DNA of 64,000 nucleotides. Source: Clostridia bacterium (GTDB lineage: Bacteria > Bacillota > Clostridia > RUG12999). Shown here piece by piece: positions 28,186 through 35,763 of the stretch (the first letter of the stretch is position 1; the number at the start of each line of letters is the position of its first letter). The position numbers and the translations under genes are program-made. The notes under the pieces are model-generated. The model made no database searches and was not told the DNA's origin. It was given only the letters and a program-made list of their open reading frames with translations. The stretch lies in assembly GCA_017396395.1 (NCBI GenBank), contig JAFQMF010000013.1, forward strand, positions 41,161-105,160, given 5' to 3'.

Positions 28186-28587
28186 TTAAACTTCTGTAAA
28201 TACAAAGGATACTATCTGGCAGGTTGGAATAATTGCTGCAGAGCCGTACATACTACCATTGCAGTAATTTGAGTTCCAGAATAAACCGTTGTTGCATCCA
28301 CATTCTCCAAGAGGATTGGGTGGTGCTGAGGGAAGATTTGTTATGATTTTTACTGAATTTTTGTTTGCCCATACCAAAAGACCTGTAAAACCGCTGCCTG
28401 ATACGCCACCGCTGCTTGTAAAAATTGTTACAACTCTGCCAATGTTGTTGCAAAGTGTTTCTACAAGGGGCGAACCGCAAGAAGGTCCGCAGTCGCAGCC
28501 ACAAGAAGGGGCGTGGTCGCATCCGCAGGAAGGGCCATGGTCGCAGCCGTTGCCACAATATCCGCCGCTATTAAAATTGTTATACAT
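28186..28587 (-). CDS. small cysteine-rich protein with CGCDxxPSCGCD repeats; putative CotY/CotZ-like spore coat/exosporium protein
   Basis: translation MYNNFNSGGYCGNGCDHGPSCGCDHAPSCGCDCGPSCG...VVTIFTSSGG...ECGCNNGLFWNSNYCNG; AAGGAGG RBS 9 nt upstream of ATG at 28587; family assignment is tentative and rests on the architecture Cys-rich N-terminus, middle IFTS motif, Cys-rich C-terminus. Confidence 0.7.
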   Translation of the reverse strand: MYNNFNSGGYCGNGCDHGPSCGCDHAPSCGCDCGPSCGSPLVETLCNNIGRVVTIFTSSGGVSGSGFTGLLVWANKNSVKIITNLPSAPPNPLGECGCNNGLFWNSNYCNGSMYGSAAIIPTCQIVSFVFTEV

Positions 28588-28759
28588 ATATGTTTGCCTC
28601 CTTATAATATGTTTAAAGGCGTGTTCTAATCGCCACAGTATATTATATGAAAAGCAAAACTTTTTGACACAAAATAGAAATAAAAACATTAAAAACTGTT
28701 GCAGATAAAGCTAAATTGTGATAGAATAATGTTATACAAAGAAATGGAGGAAAATACAT

Positions 28760-29953
28760 ATGGCTAATATAAATAACAGAATGATGGAACTGGGAAAGGT
28801 TCGCTCGGTAATCCGCGAAACCTTTGAATATGGTAATAAAAGAGCAAAGGAAATCGGCAGAGAAAATGTCTATGACTTTTCTTTAGGCAATCCAAGTGTT
28901 CCGACTCCTGAAATTGTTGATAAGGAAATGGTAAATTTAATTAATGACAATACTGTTGCAGTTCACGGATATACCTCTGCTCAGGGTGCAGAGCCTACCA
29001 GAATTGCTATAGCTCAGGATATAAACCGCAGATTTTCCGCCGGCGTTACAAAGGATGATATTTATATGACCTGCGGTGCAGCTGCATCTCTTACAATTTC
29101 TATTTCCGCTTTATGTAACAAAGGAGATGAAATTATAGCTATTGCTCCCTTCTTTCCTGAATATAGGGTTTTTGTGGAATCTGCCGGAGCAAAGCTTGTG
29201 GTAGTGCCTGCTGATACAGAAAATTTTCAAATTAATTTTAAAGAGTTATCCAGACTTATTACACCTAAAACAAAAGGTATAATTATAAATACTCCCAACA
29301 ATCCTACAGGTGTTGTATTTTCTGAAAATACTATAAACCGTCTTTGTGATATTCTTCGAGAAAAATCAAAGGAATTTGGGAATCCTGTATATCTTATTAC
29401 AGATGAGCCTTATCGTGAGCTTGTGTATGATACTGATGCAAAGGTACCTTATCTTATTAACTGCTATGACCACACTCTGGTATGCTATTCTTACAGTAAA
29501 TCCCTTTCTCTTCCAGGCGACAGAATAGGTTATATTGTGGTTTCCAACAAAATGCCTGAACATGAGGATATTTATGCGGCAGTTTGCGGTGCAGGCAGAG
29601 CACTTGGTTTTGTGTGTGCTCCTTCCATTATGCAAAGGGCAATTCTTCCTGCTCTTGGAAAAACCTCTGACCTTTCTGTATATAAAAAGAACAGAGACCT
29701 TTTGTACGAGTCACTTACAAAAATGGGTTATACCTGTGTACATCCGGATGGTGCATTTTACCTGTTTGTAAAATCCCCTGTTCCCGATGCATCTGAGTTT
29801 TGCTTAAAGGCAAGAGAGTATGATATTCTTCTTGTTCCCTCTGACAGTTTTGGCTGTACAGGATATGTAAGAATTGCATACTGCGTAACAACCGAAATGA
29901 TACAGCGTAGCCTCCCTGCATTTGAAAAATTGGCAGAAAGCTATGGGTTATAA
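28760..29953 (+). CDS. pyridoxal-phosphate-dependent aminotransferase, class I/II (aspartate/aromatic aminotransferase-like)
   Basis: fold type I aminotransferase pattern including the Lys-containing YSYSKSLSLPGDRIGY. Confidence 0.88.
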   Translation: MANINNRMMELGKVRSVIRETFEYGNKRAKEIGRENVYDFSLGNPSVPTPEIVDKEMVNLINDNTVAVHGYTSAQGAEPTRIAIAQDINRRFSAGVTKDDIYMTCGAAASLTISISALCNKGDEIIAIAPFFPEYRVFVESAGAKLVVVPADTENFQINFKELSRLITPKTKGIIINTPNNPTGVVFSENTINRLCDILREKSKEFGNPVYLITDEPYRELVYDTDAKVPYLINCYDHTLVCYSYSKSLSLPGDRIGYIVVSNKMPEHEDIYAAVCGAGRALGFVCAPSIMQRAILPALGKTSDLSVYKKNRDLLYESLTKMGYTCVHPDGAFYLFVKSPVPDASEFCLKAREYDILLVPSDSFGCTGYVRIAYCVTTEMIQRSLPAFEKLAESYGL

Positions 29954-29954
29954 G

Positions 29955-29988
29955 AAAAAAAGCCGAGATTTATCTCGGCTTTTTTTAC
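29955..29988. terminator. bidirectional rho-independent terminator
   Basis: AAAAAAAGCCGAGATTTATCTCGGCTTTTTTT. Confidence 0.8.
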
Positions 29989-31070
29989 GCTACTTTATTT
30001 TCTCCGTTTGCGTAGTTTATAAAAACTCCCTGCTGTACATTATAGCAATATACGCAAAAAGACAAGCCTTTCCCCTTATCTTCTACTGAATAGGCTTCCA
30101 TTAAAACACCACTTGCTACAAGATTATCCCCCTGAAAAACAGGAGTTACTCTATACATAACGTGATTTCCTGTTTTGTCAATATAGCTGTCCACCATATT
30201 TTCAAAGGGTAACATTCCTTCCACGTTCATATACCTTGTGCCGGTAATTAAATTACGGGGATTGGCATTTTCTCCTGTTAACTGAAATCCCAGAAGGTGA
30301 CATCTGTTATAAAGGTATTTTCCCGAAATGAAATCATATTGTCTGTTTTTCCACCCTGTAGGCTTAATACTGCTTATATTCCCTCTTTTTTCAGTTGGCA
30401 TTGTATCCAAGGATACAGAAGCCACACATACATCGCATCTTCCAAGACCATCTAAACTGCTGTAATATTCAAAAGAGGCAGGAATAATTTCATAATCCTT
30501 AAAAAAAGGTTTATTATTATTTATTTTTATATACGCACTTTTGGAGTATTCTTTTAACTCTCCCAAAAGATAATCGTATTCCCCCTGCTGGAAAAGGTCA
30601 CGGATAATGTAAACCTTTTCTGTAGCTTCGTCCCATGCCACCCCAAGATTAAAGCTCTCTGCAATAAAACGGATGGGAAGCATCGTCCTGTCATTATAAA
30701 CAGAAGGAGCAACATCCAAAGTAAACAAGGCTCCGTTTAAATAAGCTTTTTTACTGTCTATAATAAGCTTTATAGTATCATTTTCAAGAGTAAGAACAGC
30801 CGTTTTCTCTTTTCCTTTCCAGTCCACCTTGCCACCAAAGGCTTCAATAATAGCACGAACAGGCACTAATGTTCTGCCTGTTTTTATTATAGGCTCTGTA
30901 CCTCTGCCTGGGTCAATTTCCTGATTTTCTCCGTTTACTGCCATTAAAGGATTGCCAATCTGCATACTTATTACAACATCTTCAGGCTTTTGGGATGCAA
31001 TTACATGAGGAGATAAAAGGAGGAAGCATATTAAAAATGCAAATACTCTATAAATTCTGTTTTTGTTCAT
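29985..31070 (-). CDS. secreted DNA/RNA non-specific endonuclease (EndA/Endonuclease_NS_2-like) fused to a copper amine oxidase N-terminal stalk domain
   Basis: signal peptide MNKNRIYRVFAFLICFLLLSPHVIAS; CuAO-N repeat RTLVPVRAIIEAFGGKV / RTMLPIRFIAESFNLGV; nuclease block YNRCHLLGFQLTGENANPRNLITGT aligns to the FDRGHLLGYAL...NPKNI region of EndA. Confidence 0.78.
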   Translation of the reverse strand: MNKNRIYRVFAFLICFLLLSPHVIASQKPEDVVISMQIGNPLMAVNGENQEIDPGRGTEPIIKTGRTLVPVRAIIEAFGGKVDWKGKEKTAVLTLENDTIKLIIDSKKAYLNGALFTLDVAPSVYNDRTMLPIRFIAESFNLGVAWDEATEKVYIIRDLFQQGEYDYLLGELKEYSKSAYIKINNNKPFFKDYEIIPASFEYYSSLDGLGRCDVCVASVSLDTMPTEKRGNISSIKPTGWKNRQYDFISGKYLYNRCHLLGFQLTGENANPRNLITGTRYMNVEGMLPFENMVDSYIDKTGNHVMYRVTPVFQGDNLVASGVLMEAYSVEDKGKGLSFCVYCYNVQQGVFINYANGENKVA

Positions 31071-31104
31071 TATAATTCTCCATTTTTCACTATGAGATTT
31101 CTTA

Positions 31105-32421
31105 TTATACTCTTCCCAATTTAAGAAGCTTTCTACGGTGTATATAGTAAGCTATTGCCATAGCTATACCTGAAATTGTCCATGAAATAGGGAAAGAATA
31201 ATATACCATAGGAAGTGTGGGATTAAAAGGCCATACAAGTGTTACCCACGCTACTCTTATTCCGCATATGCCTATAATATTAATTATTGTAGGAAGTATT
31301 CCCTTTCCCATTCCCCTGAGTGCACCGCTGTATATAACGCTAGGTACATATAGTACATACATACTTATTGCACTGTAAAACTGAACAAGTCCTATTTTTA
31401 CAACAGAGGCATCTTTTGTAAATATTCCTAAAATACCAGCGCCATTTAGCAGTAAAAACCCTGAAAAAGCAAATACCGTTATACTTGAAAATATAAGTGC
31501 ACAGTTTACAGATTTGTTTACCCTTTGAAGCTTGCCTGCACCTAAGTTTTGTCCTACAAAGCTGATTACTCCCTGCTCGCTTGAGCTGATTAATAAATAA
31601 CAAAAACCCATAAAGGTCCAGCTTATACTGTGTGCCGCAACAGTCAGCTTTCCAAAACTGTTTACCGCACTTTGAGTAATGGTATTTGAAAGGCTGAACA
31701 AAATACTGTTTAAACCTGAGGGTACACCTATAGCAAGTATCATAGAAAGTTCATTTTTAAAAATCTTAATTTTGCTAAGCTTATATTCGGGAATAAGCTT
31801 CCCTTTTGCAAAAATCCACACAACTGCTATTGCGGAGATAATCTGGGAAGCTATTGTACCTATTGCAACTCCCACCACATCAAGATGGAACACTATAACG
31901 CAAATAAGGTTTAAAACCACGTTTGCTGCTCCTGAAAATGTCAGAATATAAAGAGGGCGTTTAGTATCTCCCATAGCGCGAAGAACTGCTGAACCAAAGT
32001 TATATATAAGGGTAGCAGGGACGCCTAAAAAATATAGCTTCATATAAAGGGTAGCCAGTTTTATAACATCAGGAGGAGTGTTCATAAGTCCCAAAAAATA
32101 TTCCGAGAAAAACCAGCCTACAAGCATAAGCGGAATACCTAAAATTATTCCAAGTGACAAAGATGTGTGTAACGCTCTTTCAATACCATCATTATTTTTA
32201 GCGCCAAAAAATCTTGCACAAATTACATTTGTACCAACAGATAAGCCAATAAAAAAGTTCAGTATAAGGTGAATAAGGGAGGTTGTTGCACCAACTGCCG
32301 CTAATGCTCCTTCACCATCTACTGCATATCTGCCTACTACTATTGTGTCGGCAGTATTATAAAGCTGCTGCAAAAACCCCGATAAAATTATGGGAATTGC
32401 AAACAGGCAGAATTTTTTCAT
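31105..32421 (-). CDS. MATE-family efflux transporter
   Basis: 12-TM protein with the MatE N-terminal pattern FAIPIILSGFLQQLYNTADTIVVGR. Confidence 0.9.
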   Translation of the reverse strand: MKKFCLFAIPIILSGFLQQLYNTADTIVVGRYAVDGEGALAAVGATTSLIHLILNFFIGLSVGTNVICARFFGAKNNDGIERALHTSLSLGIILGIPLMLVGWFFSEYFLGLMNTPPDVIKLATLYMKLYFLGVPATLIYNFGSAVLRAMGDTKRPLYILTFSGAANVVLNLICVIVFHLDVVGVAIGTIASQIISAIAVVWIFAKGKLIPEYKLSKIKIFKNELSMILAIGVPSGLNSILFSLSNTITQSAVNSFGKLTVAAHSISWTFMGFCYLLISSSEQGVISFVGQNLGAGKLQRVNKSVNCALIFSSITVFAFSGFLLLNGAGILGIFTKDASVVKIGLVQFYSAISMYVLYVPSVIYSGALRGMGKGILPTIINIIGICGIRVAWVTLVWPFNPTLPMVYYSFPISWTISGIAMAIAYYIHRRKLLKLGRV

Positions 32422-32554
32422 TATTGACCCTTCTGTCAAATTTGTTCCTGTTTTCATTAGTAATCACGACCTACATTTTATTACTATAACTTTATACTTT
32501 GTAAAAAGAGTTGCCAATATAAAATAGAATAGTATTAATACTTTTATCTGCAAC

Positions 32555-33232
32555 TTAAAGTATGCCAAACAAAATAAACCCTACGGTATTTACACCAAAA
32601 TTTGCAAACATATGCACTGCCCAAGAGGTATATATACTCTCCTCTTTTTCATCTAGAAAATTAAATATCAGTCCTCCTGCAAAAAGTCCTGCAAATAGTA
32701 TCGGCAGTACCCATAAATCAAACATTATGGCAAGCATCCCTGTGTGATACAACGCAAACATACCTGCACTGAACATATGGGAAAATTTTCTTCCTCCAGC
32801 TTCCTTCAGATTTATAAAACCAACGCCCCTGAAGAAGAATTCCTCCAGAAAGGAATTTATAAGGGAAATATAAAGAGAAACATATATAAAGTTGTTTCCG
32901 TTTACTCCGTGATTTTCCGTAAGTCCCGTTACAACACTTGAAAAGTCAATAAAGCCTTTTGTTAAAAAATATCCTCCAATTATTACAGCATAAATTCCTA
33001 CACCTATAATTACCGCCTTAAAAAAACTTGCTTTTTTTACAATAAACAGCTTTTTTAAACTCTCTGCTTTGTTTTCCCGCAAAAAATATATTGCAGGTAC
33101 AACTAAAAACAGTAATATTTTTATAAGGGATTTTGTTATATATTCAGGCTTTATAACTGCATCTACAGCTGACATTATAATAGATGACAGTATTACCCAT
33201 ATTATAATATAAATGCCTGTGTTTCTTTTCAT
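32555..33232 (-). CDS. CPBP-family intramembrane metalloprotease (CAAX protease / Abi)
   Basis: EExxFRG, FxxxH and HxxxN/F motifs (EEFFFRGVGF, FALYH, WAVHMFANF). Confidence 0.85.
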   Translation of the reverse strand: MKRNTGIYIIIWVILSSIIMSAVDAVIKPEYITKSLIKILLFLVVPAIYFLRENKAESLKKLFIVKKASFFKAVIIGVGIYAVIIGGYFLTKGFIDFSSVVTGLTENHGVNGNNFIYVSLYISLINSFLEEFFFRGVGFINLKEAGGRKFSHMFSAGMFALYHTGMLAIMFDLWVLPILFAGLFAGGLIFNFLDEKEESIYTSWAVHMFANFGVNTVGFILFGIL

Positions 33233-33299
33233 AATTTATTCCTTCTTTCAAAGGTTTTTATATTGTAAAATCAGGGAACGATTTAGATGACAACATTTT

Positions 33300-33495
33300 T
33301 CGTCGATATGCAATCTTTGATTGCTCGATATTTTTACTTCTTAAAATTGATATGTTTTTTCGGTCAATTCGTGAATTGCCCCTACAAAAACTCGATATGA
33401 TATAAATCTCGTTGCGTCAGCAACATATCGAGCCGTTAGGATATATCGCACCGCAAGGTATATCGCAAATTCCGTCAGGAATTTATATCGCTGAG
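33300..33495. repeat. quasi-palindromic intergenic repeat element, copy A (phased CGATAT / ATATCG motifs around a GTTGC-N-GCAAC core)
   Basis: 4 forward CGATAT copies (33304, 33326, 33349, 33392) and 4 reverse ATATCG copies (33424, 33443, 33460, 33485) at ~20-bp spacing; its reverse complement aligns with 56041-56200. Confidence 0.6.
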
Positions 33496-33575
33496 TTTAA
33501 TCGTTTCACGATTAAACTCATTATACCATACCACTTTCCCTTTTTCAATATTTCATTTCATAATTTAAATACATA

Positions 33576-33611
33576 TTAAAAACCTTGCAAGAATTCTTGC
33601 AAGGTTTTTGT
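33576..33611 (-). terminator. rho-independent terminator downstream of purC
   Basis: AACCTTGCAAGAATTCTTGCAAGGTT hairpin; T-run on the minus strand. Confidence 0.75.
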
Positions 33612-33636
33612 GTTATTTAGCATATATTACTTTCAA

Positions 33637-34326
33637 TTAAAGTCCCATTTTTTCAAGTAACATCTTAGCACAGTCAATCTGATTAGGAATGTTACCATTT
33701 TCATCACGAACTCTCCAAATATCAGGAGTAATTTCATCAGCAACATACATTTTGCCGTTTTCGTCATATCCTATTTCAATTTTAAAGTCAATAAGAGTAA
33801 GTCCTAAAGGAGCAAGTTCATTTTTAAGAACTTCGCCAACTCTAACTAAAATATCTAAAGCTTCGTCGTACTGGCCTTCCTTTAAAAGACCCTTCATAAT
33901 GCAAATTCTTTCGCTGATAAGCGGGTCTCCCTGAATATCGTCCTTAAGAGTAACTTCGCTGTATGGAGGATTGAAAACAATTCCTTCGTCTAATGTAAAA
34001 CGACGGCACATACTTCCGGCTGTAAAATAACGAAGTACAAATTCAAGCTTGGGAACTGTAAGGTTACGAACCTGCATAAGTCCCTTTTCAATATCAGAGT
34101 TGATATAGTGTGTGGGAATACCGTTTTTCTCCATAAGCTCAAAGAAATACTTGGAAATTATAAGGCCTATTTTGCCTTTTCCTTCAACGCTGCCGCCAAC
34201 AGTGTTAGAACCTGGGTCAAATACGCCGTTTTCTCCTGTGGCACTGTCCTTGAATAAAAGGCTTACAATATTGGTTTCTTCATCAAGAAGAACATCTTTG
34301 GTTTTACCTGTGTAAAGTGTTTTCAT
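33637..34326 (-). CDS. purC: phosphoribosylaminoimidazole-succinocarboxamide synthase
   Basis: MKTLYTGKTKDV N-terminus and SAICAR synthetase motifs; start set at internal ATG with GGAGGAGA RBS. Confidence 0.9.
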   Translation of the reverse strand: MKTLYTGKTKDVLLDEETNIVSLLFKDSATGENGVFDPGSNTVGGSVEGKGKIGLIISKYFFELMEKNGIPTHYINSDIEKGLMQVRNLTVPKLEFVLRYFTAGSMCRRFTLDEGIVFNPPYSEVTLKDDIQGDPLISERICIMKGLLKEGQYDEALDILVRVGEVLKNELAPLGLTLIDFKIEIGYDENGKMYVADEITPDIWRVRDENGNIPNQIDCAKMLLEKMGL

Positions 34327-34349
34327 TTTTGTATCTCCTCCAAAATTTA

Positions 34350-35330
34350 TTATTCCCATTCGATAGTTCCAATGGGCTTGGGTGTTAAGTCAAGAAGTAC
34401 ACGGTTAATACCGGGAACCTCTGCAGTAATTCTGTCTGTAATTTTATGAAGAACATCATAAGGAATTTCCTCGATAGTTGCTGTCATAGCATCTACAGTA
34501 TTTACTGCACGAATAATTGCAGGCCATCCTTCATAACGCTTGTCGTCTTTTACGCCTACGCTTTTAAAATCAGGAACTGCAATAAAGTACTGCCATACTT
34601 TTCCTGCAAGTCCGCATTTATCAAACTCCTCACGAAGAATTGCATCAGCTTCACGAAGAGCACTTAGTCTGTCACGGGTAATAGCCCCAAGACAACGAAC
34701 ACCAAGACCAGGTCCAGGAAATGGCTGTCTTTCTACCATTTCTGCAGGAAGCCCAAGAGCCTTACCTACAACTCTTACTTCATCCTTATAAAGAAGCTTT
34801 ACAGGCTCAACAAGCTCCAGCTTCATATCCTCAGGAAGTCCGCCAACATTGTGGTGAGCCTTAACTCCATCACTTTCTAAAATATCAGGATAAATTGTTC
34901 CCTGAGCAAGAAAATCAACATCCGTAAGTTTTTTGGCTTCCTCATTGAAAACTTCAATAAATTCGCCGCCAATAATTTTTCTCTTCTTTTCGGGCTCTGC
35001 AACACCTTTCAGCAAATCAAGAAATCTGTCTGTTGCATCAATATAAATAAGGTTAGCGTCAAGTCCATTTTTAAAAACTTCAATAACCTGCTCGCTTTCC
35101 CCTTTACGCATAAGTCCGTGGTTAACATGAACACAAATAAGCTGTTTTCCGATTGCCTTTATTAAAAGTGCCGCAACAACAGAGCTATCCACACCGCCGG
35201 AAAGAGCAAGTAAAACCTTTTTATCTCCTACCTGATTACGAACAAGAGCAATCTGCTCTTCAATAAACTTGTCCGCAAGTTCCTTTGTGGTAATGCGTTG
35301 CATATTTTCAGGTCTAACATTTGGATTCAT
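34350..35330 (-). CDS. guaA: GMP synthase ATP-pyrophosphatase/dimerisation portion only (GuaA C-terminal domain, stand-alone)
   Basis: PP-loop SGGVDSSV; C-terminal ...KPIGTIEWE, the canonical GuaA end; no glutamine amidotransferase domain upstream in any frame; AAGGAGG RBS at the internal ATG. Confidence 0.82.
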   Translation of the reverse strand: MNPNVRPENMQRITTKELADKFIEEQIALVRNQVGDKKVLLALSGGVDSSVVAALLIKAIGKQLICVHVNHGLMRKGESEQVIEVFKNGLDANLIYIDATDRFLDLLKGVAEPEKKRKIIGGEFIEVFNEEAKKLTDVDFLAQGTIYPDILESDGVKAHHNVGGLPEDMKLELVEPVKLLYKDEVRVVGKALGLPAEMVERQPFPGPGLGVRCLGAITRDRLSALREADAILREEFDKCGLAGKVWQYFIAVPDFKSVGVKDDKRYEGWPAIIRAVNTVDAMTATIEEIPYDVLHKITDRITAEVPGINRVLLDLTPKPIGTIEWE

Positions 35331-35671
35331 TCTTTTTCCTCCTTTAAGTATATTATCCAAAAAAATAAGCAAAGAAAATATTTTCCAAAACCTGTTTGGT
35401 AAATATATAGAAGCTACCTTTATTATCCTATAAATATTATACATCAGTTTTTTTTACTTGTCCACAAAAATTTTTAATAATTTTACATAAATTTTTTCTT
35501 TGTTTTTTGGTGGATACCAATAATTGTGCATTTTCTAAAGATTCATAAGCTTTTTCAGGTTTATAAATTTCCATAATATATGTATTAAGCAGGCGTAAAT
35601 GTTTCTTTTTCAAGATTTTTGAACAAATATTACAATTTAATTAAATTTTTTTAAATTTTTTCAAAAAAAGA

Positions 35672-35700
35672 CTTGCAATTGTAATATTTATGTAGTAAAA
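35672..35700 (+). promoter_or_regulatory. sigma-A type promoter of the dcw cluster (TTGCAA-17-TAAAAT)
   Basis: hexamers read from sequence, 64 bp upstream of mraZ. Confidence 0.5.
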
Positions 35701-35707
35701 TAATAGT

Positions 35708-35760
35708 AAAGTGGATGAAAGTGGAGTTATAATAAACAAAAGTGGAGAAAGCGAGGTGGT
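35708..35760 (+). promoter_or_regulatory. MraZ-box direct repeats (AAAGTGGA x3 plus GGTGG) between promoter and mraZ
   Basis: GTGGA at 35711, 35721 and 35742, and GTGG at 35756; first two copies 10 bp apart; position matches the MraZ autoregulatory sites described in other bacteria. Confidence 0.55.
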
Positions 35761-35763
35761 AAT

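Noticed and set aside
28253-28708. ORFs 28289-28708 (+) and 28253-28558 (-) encoding EGPQSQPQEGAWSHPQEGPW / RPWPFLRMRPRPFLW repeat peptides
   Set aside because: These are the antisense and alternate-frame shadows of the tandem CGCDHxPSCG-coding repeats. They have no RBS, and the sense frame has a strong RBS and coherent Cys spacing.
33300-33495. Possibility that the phased-motif repeats are a CRISPR array
   Set aside because: The repeated unit is only ~8 bp, the copies are arranged as inverted blocks around a central palindrome, and the intervening segments are themselves related between the two loci. This is not a repeat-spacer structure, and no cas genes are present.
33493-33519. parS centromere site
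   Set aside because: Only one half (GTTTCACG) matches the parS consensus and the partner half is ATTAAAC. It is kept as an unexplained palindrome instead.
35331-35763. Purine riboswitch or missing GATase-domain exon upstream of the truncated guaA
   Set aside because: No purine-aptamer motif was seen on the minus strand and no GATase-like ORF in any frame. The only ORF (35651-35860, minus) is AT-rich low-complexity.
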